Source: an uncultured bacterium (GTDB lineage: Bacteria; Auribacterota; Erginobacteria; Erginobacterales; CAZKCI01). From it: DNA of 64,000 nt. The stretch covers positions 14,308 to 78,307 of the forward strand of contig CAZKCI010000121.1 of NCBI GenBank assembly GCA_964551475.1. Direction: 5' to 3'. The position numbers and the translations under genes are program-made. Below are positions 18,713 through 27,435 of the stretch, in pieces (the first letter of the stretch is position 1; each line of letters opens with the position of its first letter). The notes beneath the pieces are model-generated. The model was not told the origin of the DNA, ran no database searches, and saw only the letters and a list, made by a program, of their open reading frames with translations.

Positions 18713-19647
18713 GCTTTCCTCTGCTCTCTGATCTCTGCCGGAGACAGCGGCGCATAGCCGAGATCTCCCACAAACTTGCGCTCCCCGGTAACAACGCCGC
18801 TGAGAAATACAATCTCGGCGTTGCTCAAGGAACCGCGGCGGTAGACCAGATACAGTTCCCGGGCGGGAGGAGAGGGACAGAGACCTCCGGCGATCGCCGC
18901 TTGGAGAGCGTCCCTTCCCCGATAGATATCTTCCCGCGGGGCGAGACTCCCGTCCCCATCCGCATCCACGGGCAGTATCCTCAGTCCCGGCGAAAGCGTC
19001 TTGGTAGCGGTATTGAAGACGTTGATGTAGCTCGCATAACCGATGCCGGAAGGATCCTCGCGGACCGCTTCAACCATCCCCGATGCGCTCGGGACGGTCG
19101 TCCCCCGGAGGGATGGGCCTTCCGCCCCGAGATAATCCGCCCAGGTTTGCGCGTCCCCGCTTGAGCCGGGACGGGTATAAACATGGATGGGGGAACGGGG
19201 GCTCCCCTCGAAAAGATCGCCCCAATCCTTAATCTCCCCGCCGACCCAGATGCTTTTCAGGCGTTCCCGGCTTACGCCCCGACTCAGGAGGGCATCACGC
19301 GCCGGGTTGGCCTCGTTGATAATAACCACTACCGCGTCCCTGGCCACGCAAAGCGCGAGCGCGCCTTTCCCCGTTTCCTCCGGGCTGAGTTTCCGGGAGA
19401 CCATGGCCACATCGGCCGATCGGTCGAACAGATCGGCCATTCCCCGCCCGGAATCCACCGGGGAGATACGGACTTTGAAACCGGTTACGATATCCGTTAT
19501 CTCATCGGCTTGCTTCTCTACAAAGGGATAAAGGGCGCCGGCACCGGATATTCTGAGTGTTTCCTCCAGGGGCTGTGCCGGGGCAAAGGCCGAGAGGAGC
19601 AACGAGCATCCCGTCAGTATCATCAAAGAGACAATCAGCGGTTTCAT
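18688..19647 (-). CDS. Second PstS-family phosphate-binding lipoprotein (paralog)
   Basis: Lipobox LTGCS; same PBP type-2 motifs as pstS (SGRGMADLFDRSADVAMVSR). Confidence 0.8.
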   Translation of the reverse strand: MKPLIVSLMILTGCSLLLSAFAPAQPLEETLRISGAGALYPFVEKQADEITDIVTGFKVRISPVDSGRGMADLFDRSADVAMVSRKLSPEETGKGALALCVARDAVVVIINEANPARDALLSRGVSRERLKSIWVGGEIKDWGDLFEGSPRSPIHVYTRPGSSGDAQTWADYLGAEGPSLRGTTVPSASGMVEAVREDPSGIGYASYINVFNTATKTLSPGLRILPVDADGDGSLAPREDIYRGRDALQAAIAGGLCPSPPARELYLVYRRGSLSNAEIVFLSGVVTGERKFVGDLGYAPLSPAEIREQRKAWKRRTTK

Positions 19648-19749
19648 ATTCTCTTTCGCGCCTTAACCGTCCCGGATGGGACGCTCCCCGCACTCCTATA
19701 ACACTCCATTAGCACTCTTGGTGCACTATATCGACCGCCCCTTCTCCGG

Positions 19750-20265
19750 TCAATAATAATCTTTCTTGCACTGCGTCGCCACAGGAGCGGCGACGGTTCG
19801 TTCAAGAATCGTCTCCAGTTCGGCGGCGAGTATCGCGAGTGTGCGCTCCACCTCGGGGCTGAGCCCCTCCCCTTCCCGCCGGTCCTTCGCCTGGATACCC
19901 AGGAGATAACACCGGACGCCGCCTTCTTTCGCCAGATAATCCAAGACGAGGGAGAGGGGGGCGTTATGCGTGGATACGTTTCCCGCGACCAGGGCGTCGG
20001 ACGGGAGGAGAGACCACTCGCCCGGCTTTTTCCCCATCTCCGCGGCGTCGGCGACGAGGACATAATCGGGGCGGAGTGCGAGGACCGGCCCCAGATAGTT
20101 TTCGGGGGCGCTCCCGGCCGGGATAGCGCCCCCTAATCCCCGCGACTGAAGCCGCCGGGCCAGCTCGTCGCCGGCGGCGTCGTCGCCCCGGCCGGCCCGG
20201 CCCACTCCGAGAAGGACCACCCGCAGACCGCGGAGCGAGTCGAGTGTGTTTGATGCGGGACTCAT
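19750..20265 (-). CDS. hycI: Hydrogenase maturation endopeptidase (HycI/HybD family)
   Basis: LLGVGRAGRGDDAAGDELARRL matches the GxGN/DxxxxDDGxG motif of [NiFe] hydrogenase C-terminal processing proteases; last gene of the hydrogenase operon. Confidence 0.8.
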   Translation of the reverse strand: MSPASNTLDSLRGLRVVLLGVGRAGRGDDAAGDELARRLQSRGLGGAIPAGSAPENYLGPVLALRPDYVLVADAAEMGKKPGEWSLLPSDALVAGNVSTHNAPLSLVLDYLAKEGGVRCYLLGIQAKDRREGEGLSPEVERTLAILAAELETILERTVAAPVATQCKKDYY

Positions 20266-20344
20266 CGGGAGAGGTTGATGCGTTGATAAGGGGCGAGATG
20301 TGCTGCGCCTTATCAACCTATATGCATATCGACGTATCCACCGC

Positions 20345-20935
20345 TCAAGCGCGGTCGGACAGGACCACGTCTCTCTTGCAGCGGGGGCAGAGGACCTTCA
20401 TCCGGTCGGCGCGGACGGGGGGGCGGCCGAGCGGGAGCGCCGTCTCCCCTTCCCGGCGGAAGGACAGGAAGACCGTGGGGCAGGCATAGGCGAGCGAGCC
20501 CAGCCGCTCGTAGATCCAGCGCAGGTGCTCGCGGGTGGCCACGGCCTCCCCGCAGCACTCGCAGAGGACGAGCTCCTTCTCCACCTTTTCGATCGAGGCG
20601 TTGCGGTCGAGACAGGCGAGATCGTAGTCGGTCGAATGGTTGCAGCCGGTCTTGGTGGTGCAGAGGGCATGGCACTGGCCGCAGAAGATGCACATCCCGT
20701 AGCGGCGGACGAGTTTCCTCAGGGCCGCGGGCCCGGAGTCTTCCACCTCGATCGCCCCGGTCGGGCAGACCCGGGCGCAGGCCCCGCAGCCCACGCAGAC
20801 CAACTCGTCCCACTTCATCTGCCCCCGGCTGGTCGCGGGCGGCACGGAGGGGGCCGCCGGAAAGGCGAGCGTGTAGGGACGGCTCACCAGCGAGCGGATA
20901 GCGTAGACGAGTTCGCGAAGTTTGGGCGTTTTCAT
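20345..20935 (-). CDS. 4Fe-4S ferredoxin-type subunit of the membrane-bound hydrogenase (NuoI/HycF/MbhN-like)
   Basis: Two CxxCxxCxxxCP motifs (CVGCGACARVCP, CIFCGQCHALC). Confidence 0.8.
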   Translation of the reverse strand: MKTPKLRELVYAIRSLVSRPYTLAFPAAPSVPPATSRGQMKWDELVCVGCGACARVCPTGAIEVEDSGPAALRKLVRRYGMCIFCGQCHALCTTKTGCNHSTDYDLACLDRNASIEKVEKELVLCECCGEAVATREHLRWIYERLGSLAYACPTVFLSFRREGETALPLGRPPVRADRMKVLCPRCKRDVVLSDRA

Positions 20936-20939
20936 TGCG

Positions 20940-21010
20940 CAACGTATGACGTGCAACGTGTAACGTGCAACGGCCCTGACCGGCGATCCGTTCCACGTTA
21001 CACTTTACAC
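20940..21010. repeat. ACGTGYA heptamer array followed by its inverted copy (dyad) between the ferredoxin gene and mrpG-like gene; family H
   Basis: acgtatg acgtgca acgtgta acgtgca acgg ... ccgttccacgttacactttacacgtcacgcg. Confidence 0.8.
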
Positions 21011-21011
21011 G

Positions 21012-21341
21012 TCACGCGTTCTTATCCTTATGGTAATCGTCTCTCACGCTCCCCTTCCACAAACCCACGCCGGAGCGATGCGCCGCCCGGGCGATGGCAT
21101 GGGCGGCGACCGGCGAGGAGAGGAGCAGAAAAAGGATGCAGAGAAGGCATTTGATCCCGCCGGCGGTGAAGCCGAGCATGAGAAAAGTGCCGAAAAGGAT
21201 GGACGAGGTCCCCAGGGTCACGCACTTGGTGGAGGACTGGAGGCGGTTGTAGAGGTCGGGGAAACGGATCAACCCCAGGCACCCCACGAGGTCGAGAGCC
21301 AGTCCAAAAACCACGAAGACCATGCCGAGCGCGTCACTCAT
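21012..21341 (-). CDS. Mrp/Mnh antiporter subunit G-like (MbhC-like)
   Basis: Three-TM small subunit with the MnhG family pattern. Confidence 0.75.
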   Translation of the reverse strand: MSDALGMVFVVFGLALDLVGCLGLIRFPDLYNRLQSSTKCVTLGTSSILFGTFLMLGFTAGGIKCLLCILFLLLSSPVAAHAIARAAHRSGVGLWKGSVRDDYHKDKNA

Positions 21342-21702
21342 CGAGCCGTTTCCTTTCCAGGTACTTGGCCAGGGCCAGCGTCCCGATGAAAGATTGCAGC
21401 GCCCAGGCGATCCCGATGTCGATGTACCAGCCGCGGCCCGTGGGCACGCCGAGCAGGGCGCAGATGCCCACGATCAAAATCCCCAGGATGTCGATCGCCG
21501 CCACCCGGTCGGGCGCGCTGGGCCCCTTGATGATCCGGAAGACGCAGAAACCGGCGGCGAGCAGAATTATGTACTGGCAGTGCCGGAAGAAACGGGCGTG
21601 GGGCAATCCGGGAGACATCAGACTGGGGAGAGCCTCGATCGTCAGAGCCAGGACGACCGCGGCCAGAATCAGGATGGCGCCGATCAGCCAACGCGCTTTC
21701 AT
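21334..21702 (-). CDS. Mrp/Mnh antiporter subunit F-like (MbhB-like)
   Basis: Three-TM small subunit, MnhF pattern. Confidence 0.7.
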   Translation of the reverse strand: MKARWLIGAILILAAVVLALTIEALPSLMSPGLPHARFFRHCQYIILLAAGFCVFRIIKGPSAPDRVAAIDILGILIVGICALLGVPTGRGWYIDIGIAWALQSFIGTLALAKYLERKRLDE

Positions 21703-22199
21703 TCGAAGATCCTCTTCAGAACGGACTCAAACCGGCCGACGACGGCCCGGGTCGCCTCCTCCATCCCCTCCCCTGGCACCGCGACCCAGTGGACGTAGAG
21801 GACTCCCGCCTCCCGGTCCACATCCACCGTGAGGACGGGGCGGGCCAGAGTGAGCGTATTGGCCAGAAAGGTGAGACCGGTATCGGAGACCAGGCCGGTC
21901 TTGATCCTGACGATACCGGGACGGATGGGGAGCTTCGGATGGATCGTCCGCCAGGCGAGGTCCAGGCTCGCTTTCAGGCATTCCCAGAGAAAGAGGGGGA
22001 GGTAGACGCCGAACCAGGCGTAGCGCCTGACCTCCGCAAGCTGATGGGGACGGCCCACGAACATGTCGCCGGTGAGGACGGCCACCAGGCCCGCCACCAG
22101 AACACCGGCCAGCAGTTCGGGAACCGTCACCGGCCAGGTGAGCCCCAGCCAGACCAGGAGGGAGAAGATAAAGAGCGCGATCCGGCTTTGCGTTTTCAC
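21699..22199 (-). CDS. Mrp/Mnh antiporter subunit E-like (MbhA-like)
   Basis: MnhE-type: two N-terminal TM helices plus soluble domain. Confidence 0.7.
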   Translation of the reverse strand: MKTQSRIALFIFSLLVWLGLTWPVTVPELLAGVLVAGLVAVLTGDMFVGRPHQLAEVRRYAWFGVYLPLFLWECLKASLDLAWRTIHPKLPIRPGIVRIKTGLVSDTGLTFLANTLTLARPVLTVDVDREAGVLYVHWVAVPGEGMEEATRAVVGRFESVLKRIFE

Positions 22200-22200
22200 A

Positions 22201-23691
22201 TCAGTATCCCCCCTGGCCGAACATGGACAACACCCGGTCTCCGTAAGCCCGCCCCGCCGTCAAAACGGCGGCGGCCCGACCGAAATAATCACCGGGACAG
22301 AGCAGCAGGAGACCGCCCAGGAGACAGATCGCAGCCAGTATGACCATGGGAATTGCCATGGAGGGCGGTGGGTCCTTCGCCCCGTCGAGTGCGGGCGGTC
22401 GTTCCCGGAAGAATGTCCCGCGGAGAAACTTCAGGTAGTAAGCGAGCGTGACCACGCTCACCGCCGCCGCCAGGAGCGCCCCGACCACATGCCCGGCGTC
22501 GACGGCGGCGAGTATGAGCAAGAGCTTGCTGAAAAATCCCGCCGTGGGAGGAATCCCCGATATGGAGAAGGCGGCAATGAGGCTGGTCGTCCCCGTGAGC
22601 GGCATCCGGGGAAATAACCCTCCGAGCTTCTTGAGGTCGCGCGTGCCGGCCGAGGCCTCGATCGCTCCGGCGTCGAGGAAGAGGAGCGACTTGGCGGCGG
22701 CATGGTTGACGAGATGGAAAAGGCCGGCCATGAGCGCCAGCGGCGTCCCGATCCCCAGGGCGAAGACGATATAGCCGACCTGGCTGATCGACGAGTAGGC
22801 GAACATCCGCTTGATATCGTCCTGCCCGATGGCGAGAAACGCCCCCACCGTCATGGAGAGGAGACCGGCATAGAGCATCAGGTCGGGAAAGGGGGCGGGG
22901 TTTCCGAAAACATTGAAAAGGATCCGGGCGAAGGAATAGATCCCCAGTGACTTGATCAGGACGCCGGAAAGAAGCGCGGAGACGGGAGCGGGGGCGGCGG
23001 GATGGGCGTCGGGAAGCCAGGAATGAAACGGGACCACGGCGGCCTTGATCCCGAAACCGGCGGTGAAGAGGGCCAGGCTGAAGAAAAGCAGGGGCGTCAT
23101 CTCCAGAGAGGAGGCGAGATGGGCCAGGCTCAGCGTGGAAGCCTGGCCGTAGAGGAGGGCGATCCCGAGAAGGATCAGGCAGGAGGCCAGCCCCCCCATC
23201 ACCAGGTATTTCAAGGAAGCCTCCAGCTCCTCCGCCTCGGTCCCGAAAGCGACCAAGGCGTAGGAGGCGATCGAGGCGATCTCCAGGAAAACGAAGAGGT
23301 TGAAAATGTCGGCAGTGATGACGACGCCGTTCAGACCGGCGATCATCAGGAGAAAGAGGGCGTAGAACTTCCAGCGGTCGGTGAAGCGGTCTACGTAGCG
23401 CACCGCGTAGACCGAACAGAGGGACGCCATCAGATTGACCGTGAGGAGGATCAGGGCGCTCAGATGGTCGAGGACCAGCCCGATCGAAAGCGGCGGGCCC
23501 CATCCCCCCACCCGCCCGACCAGGATCCCCGTCTCGGGCAGGGCGAAGGCGGCGAGCAGGGCGAGGAGGAAGAGGGAGACGGCGGCGGCGACCGAGACGG
23601 TCTCGCCCACGCGCTTGAGCTGGCGCCCCAGGATGGCGATGAGAAAGGCGCCGCCCAGCGGAATCGCCGCAAATAATGGAAGATAATTCAT
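22201..23691 (-). CDS. MrpD/NuoN-like proton-translocating antiporter subunit (MbhH-like)
   Basis: About 14 TM helices; conserved motifs of complex I antiporter-like subunits (…FHSWLPDAH…). Confidence 0.85.
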   Translation of the reverse strand: MNYLPLFAAIPLGGAFLIAILGRQLKRVGETVSVAAAVSLFLLALLAAFALPETGILVGRVGGWGPPLSIGLVLDHLSALILLTVNLMASLCSVYAVRYVDRFTDRWKFYALFLLMIAGLNGVVITADIFNLFVFLEIASIASYALVAFGTEAEELEASLKYLVMGGLASCLILLGIALLYGQASTLSLAHLASSLEMTPLLFFSLALFTAGFGIKAAVVPFHSWLPDAHPAAPAPVSALLSGVLIKSLGIYSFARILFNVFGNPAPFPDLMLYAGLLSMTVGAFLAIGQDDIKRMFAYSSISQVGYIVFALGIGTPLALMAGLFHLVNHAAAKSLLFLDAGAIEASAGTRDLKKLGGLFPRMPLTGTTSLIAAFSISGIPPTAGFFSKLLLILAAVDAGHVVGALLAAAVSVVTLAYYLKFLRGTFFRERPPALDGAKDPPPSMAIPMVILAAICLLGGLLLLCPGDYFGRAAAVLTAGRAYGDRVLSMFGQGGY

Positions 23692-23707
23692 TGTCCGTCC
23701 GTCAAGT

Positions 23708-24049
23708 TCATCCCCTGAGTTTGCGGATCTTGGTGACGTCGAATGTCCCGTATTTCTCGTAGAGCCGGATGGCCAGGGCGACCAGGAGAAGCGTGGTGGC
23801 CAGCCCGATGACGATCGAGGTGTGGGCGATGACCTGGGGGATGGGGTCGACCATCTCCCCGATCACCCGGTCCGGCGCTTCGATCGGGGCATGGCCGCCC
23901 GTCCGGTAGCCGATCAGGACCAGGAGGAGGTTGATCGCATAGGTGATGATCGAGAGGCCGATGATGATCTTGATCAGGTTGCGTTTGGTCGCCAGGCTGT
24001 AGATCCCCACGGCCATCAGGACGAAACAGAGTATGTAGACAAGATTCAT
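23708..24049 (-). CDS. MrpC/NuoK-like subunit (MbhG-like)
   Basis: Three-TM, 113 aa, NuoK/MnhC pattern. Confidence 0.75.
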   Translation of the reverse strand: MNLVYILCFVLMAVGIYSLATKRNLIKIIIGLSIITYAINLLLVLIGYRTGGHAPIEAPDRVIGEMVDPIPQVIAHTSIVIGLATTLLLVALAIRLYEKYGTFDVTKIRKLRG

Positions 24050-24094
24050 TGTGGTTATGCCTCAATCATGCCAGCAAACCGGCGGTCAGGCCGT

Positions 24095-24175
24095 CCATTG
24101 TAGGCCGGTTCTGTGAACCGGCGACCAGCCTCGCCGCCCGCTCACAGAGCGGGCCTACAGCCCGCACGACCGAGC
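24095..24175. repeat. GTAG-type REP pair (CTGTAGGCC plus hairpin, then an inverted copy) inside the hydrogenase operon; family E
   Basis: tgtaggccggttctgtgaaccggc ... gcccgctcacagagcgggcctacag; same family at 36538-36600 and 45514-45630. Confidence 0.85.
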
Positions 24176-24181
24176 TATCTC

Positions 24182-24649
24182 TCATGGCTTCTCCTGGTCG
24201 TCATGCCCGGAGCTGAAAGCGGACATGACGGTGAAAAAGATGTAGATCCCCCCCGCCACCGCGAGGGCGACGGCGATTTCGGAGAGGGGGATGGTCCCGG
24301 CGCCGAGGAGCGCGAAGCGCTGGCCCGCGGGAAGCCAGCTCTGGAAGAAGGCGCCGGCGGCGTAGCCGAAAAGAGCGATGGCAAGGAAGATCAGCGCGCC
24401 CAGGCCGATCAGCGGCAGGGCGGCTTCGGGACCGAACTTTTTCCAGACCCGCTCCCGGCCGAAGGCCAGGACGAGTTCGATCAGGGAGAGGGCGATGATC
24501 ACACCGCCGGCGAATCCGCCCCCCGGCCCGAAGTGCCCGTGGAGAGCGATGTAGACGCCGAAGAGGAGGCTCAAGCCCACGGTGAGCCGGGCGATCGTCT
24601 TCACGATCAGGCTCATCCCTTCCTCGCGGCGATCGTTCTGTCCGTTCAC
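24182..24649 (-). CDS. MnhB-domain subunit (MbhF-like)
   Basis: Four-TM hydrophobic protein with MnhB-like pattern; start may be the internal MSLIV. Confidence 0.65.
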   Translation of the reverse strand: MNGQNDRREEGMSLIVKTIARLTVGLSLLFGVYIALHGHFGPGGGFAGGVIIALSLIELVLAFGRERVWKKFGPEAALPLIGLGALIFLAIALFGYAAGAFFQSWLPAGQRFALLGAGTIPLSEIAVALAVAGGIYIFFTVMSAFSSGHDDQEKP

Positions 24650-25176
24650 GGCTCGTTCCTCCGTCTTCTCCCGATCCGGCGGAGGATCGCAATCGCTCCG
24701 ATCACGGCCGCCACCAGGACCGCCGTCTCCCCCAGCGTGTCATACGCCCGGTAGCCGAGCGCGATGGAGGCGCCGACGTTGGCCGCGCCGGTCGCTGGCG
24801 GGCCCGCCAACTGGTAGATCTGGGCCACGGTCATCCGGGGCGAGCCGAAGGGGGGAAGACCCGTCGCCGCGCGAACGGCGGCGATGATGAAAACCGCCAG
24901 GAAGACGGCCGCGATCGCCCCCACCACCCAGCGGGTCCGGGTGGGGACCGGGTCCTCCTCCCGGTGGGCGGTCGCCCGGATGAGGAGGATCAGGACCAGG
25001 ATTTCCACAACGATCTGGACGATGGCCAGGTTGGGGGCCTGGAGGATGAGGAAGGCGACGGCGAGACCCAGTCCGACCGTCCCCACCACGATCACCGAGG
25101 AGTGGAGGTCCTTCATCTCCACCGCGGCGATGGCGGCGGCGATCATCAGGACGAGAAGTATGATCAGTCCGAGCAT
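24646..25176 (-). CDS. MrpA C-terminal-domain-like subunit (MbhD/MbhE-like)
   Basis: Five-TM hydrophobic protein in MbhD/E position. Confidence 0.6.
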   Translation of the reverse strand: MLGLIILLVLMIAAAIAAVEMKDLHSSVIVVGTVGLGLAVAFLILQAPNLAIVQIVVEILVLILLIRATAHREEDPVPTRTRWVVGAIAAVFLAVFIIAAVRAATGLPPFGSPRMTVAQIYQLAGPPATGAANVGASIALGYRAYDTLGETAVLVAAVIGAIAILRRIGRRRRNEP

Positions 25177-25215
25177 GGCGTCCGAATTATGCTAGTCCAC
25201 GTTTGCTAGTCGATT

Positions 25216-25335
25216 TTGTGGGAGCGACATTCTTGTCGCGATCCCGGCCAACATGGATCGGGGCAAGATGCCCCTCCCACAGTGACAATTTTTTCGCGCT
25301 TGTAAGTTCTAGTGTGGGAGCGGCGTCTGCCCCAT
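25216..25335. repeat. TGTGGGAGCG...CCTCCCACA palindromic element (one full plus one partial copy) inside the hydrogenase operon; family D
   Basis: Outer inverted termini tgtgggag/ctcccaca enclose GC-rich hairpins; recurs at 27216-27430, 48673-48782 and 53095-53300. Confidence 0.85.
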
Positions 25336-25383
25336 CCCGAAATCTTCTTCGGGACTCGCCGCGATCCAGTCCATCATGGCGCA

Positions 25384-27201
25384 TTAGTATTTTCCGATCA
25401 TCACCAGCAACAAGATAATGAGAGCCGCCAGCGCCCAGCTCATATACCAGGGCAGGACGCCGGTGTGGAGCCGCGAGAGGAGAGCGGAGAGCGAGAGTGT
25501 CGCCGCCCTGGCTCCGGCGTAGAGATCGCAGAACGCTTCCCTCTTGAGAAGGCCTCCCACGAGAGGCATCTCGCTGAGCGTGGCGTAAAAACCGGTCCCG
25601 GTGACGCGGGCGTCGTCGGGCAGGGCCTTTTCGCCCCCGATGAAGGGGACGTCCTCGCGGATCTTGGACGAGGCGCCCATCCGGTAGATCAGCCAGCCGA
25701 TCAGGCCGCTACCGACCAGGAGGAGCGCGGCGAGGTCCGGGCGGAAAGAGCCGATGATCGGCCCCCCGGAAGGTCGGGGGACCCAGCCCCCGACCGAACC
25801 GAATATCTTCTCCAGGAACGCGGGCGAGGCCGCGAGTCCCAGGACCACGCAGAGAAGGCTCAAAACGGCCGAAGGTAGCCAGAGCGGCCAGGAGACCTCG
25901 TCCCGCTCTGCGGGAGAGCCGGAGGGACGGACGCCGAGGAAGATCGCGTGGAGGAGCTTCATGAAGCTCGCCAGCGTAAGCGCCGAGCCGAACATCGCCG
26001 CGATCAGCCAGAGGGGCCAGAGTTTGGCGCCCACGCCCGCCATCCCCCTCATCTCGATCACGCCCTGGTAGATCATCCACTTCGACATGAAGCCGTTCAA
26101 GGGCGGGACGCCGGAGATGGCCAGCGCGGGGACGAGGAAAGCCAGGAAAGTGATCGGCATGGCCTTGGCCAGCCCCCCGAGCGAGTCGAGGTCGGTCGTC
26201 CCCCGCTTCTTCTCCACCGCTCCGACGGAGAGGAAGAGGGACTGCTTGTAGATCGCGTTGTTGAGCATATGGAAGAGCGCGCCCAGTATCCCCGCCGCCG
26301 TCCCCGTCCCGATCCCCAGGACCATGTATCCGGCCTGGGAGACGGCGTGCCAGCCCAGGAGTTTCTTCGCGTCGTGCTGGCCCAGGGCGAAGAGGACGGC
26401 GAGGATGATCGTCAGAGAACCGGCGGCGAGCAGGATCAGGGAGAAGACCGGACCGGGCGAGAACAAGACCCGGCAGGTCAAGAAAAGCAGGTAGACGCCC
26501 GCGAGCTTGTCGATGGCCGCGGGGAGGAATGCCGCCGCCGGCAGCGGGGCTTTCTGGGCCGCGTCGGGGAGCCAGGAGTGAAAGGGGACCGCCCCCATCT
26601 TGGCGAAGGCCGCAACCAGAAAGCAGAGAAAGGAGAGCGCTTTCGGCCAGTCGGCCACTGCGACCGGGGCAGCGGGGAAATACCATCCCCCGGTGCAGTG
26701 GGCATAAAGAACGATACCGACAAGAAGAAAAGCGTCTGACCCGCCGACGATGATGAAGGTTTTTTTCGCCGCCCCGGAAGCCGGCGAGCCTCCGGAAGCA
26801 ATCAGCAGATACATGACGGCCCCCAGGATGCCCCAGAAAAGCAGGAGATCGTAAAGAGCGCCCGCAAGAAAGACAGCGAAGGCAGACCCGAGGGCGAAGA
26901 GAAGGCAGGCGTCGTACATCCGGCCTTCCTCGCTGGAAGCGGTAAAACGCTCGGAATAGATAGCGATCAGGAATCCGATAAAGGCCGAGGCCAGAATCAG
27001 AAAAAACCGCATATGAAAATAGGCAAAAGTTTGGAGATCCTCGGGAAAGCGGAAGAATTCCCGGGCGGCGGAAAGAAGACAGTAACCCGCGACCAGGAAG
27101 ACGATCAGTTTCCTCACCCCCCGCCGTTTTTCGGAGAGGAGGAAACAGACGATCCCCGCGACGAAGGGAACCAGAATGATTGTCGGCAACAAGTTCATCA
27201 A
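25384..27201 (-). CDS. NuoL/MrpA/HyfB-like large antiporter-type subunit of the hydrogenase
   Basis: 605 aa, about 16 TM helices, conserved FHSWLPDA motif. Confidence 0.85.
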   Translation of the reverse strand: MMNLLPTIILVPFVAGIVCFLLSEKRRGVRKLIVFLVAGYCLLSAAREFFRFPEDLQTFAYFHMRFFLILASAFIGFLIAIYSERFTASSEEGRMYDACLLFALGSAFAVFLAGALYDLLLFWGILGAVMYLLIASGGSPASGAAKKTFIIVGGSDAFLLVGIVLYAHCTGGWYFPAAPVAVADWPKALSFLCFLVAAFAKMGAVPFHSWLPDAAQKAPLPAAAFLPAAIDKLAGVYLLFLTCRVLFSPGPVFSLILLAAGSLTIILAVLFALGQHDAKKLLGWHAVSQAGYMVLGIGTGTAAGILGALFHMLNNAIYKQSLFLSVGAVEKKRGTTDLDSLGGLAKAMPITFLAFLVPALAISGVPPLNGFMSKWMIYQGVIEMRGMAGVGAKLWPLWLIAAMFGSALTLASFMKLLHAIFLGVRPSGSPAERDEVSWPLWLPSAVLSLLCVVLGLAASPAFLEKIFGSVGGWVPRPSGGPIIGSFRPDLAALLLVGSGLIGWLIYRMGASSKIREDVPFIGGEKALPDDARVTGTGFYATLSEMPLVGGLLKREAFCDLYAGARAATLSLSALLSRLHTGVLPWYMSWALAALIILLLVMIGKY

Positions 27202-27215
27202 AGAGCTATCGCATG

Positions 27216-27430
27216 GTTATATTGTGGGAGCGACATTCCTGCCTGCCCCGATAGTCCCGGCAGAAGTGCGGGACTATCGGGGCCGCGATCCGAGTCAACC
27301 TGGATCGGGGCAAGAATGCCCCTCCCACAATCACACTATCGATCGTGTCTATGTCATTTCTGTGGGAGCGGCGTCTCGCCGCGATCCCTGCCAGCCCGGA
27401 TCGGGCCGAGGACGGCCCTCCCACAAAATC
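27216..27430. repeat. Two family-D palindromic elements between the NuoL-like gene and the hydrogenase large-subunit gene
   Basis: tattgtgggagcgacattcctgcctgccccgatagtcccggcagaagtgcgggactatcgggg...cccctcccaca, plus a second copy at 27355-27425. Confidence 0.85.
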
Positions 27431-27435
27431 ATTCA

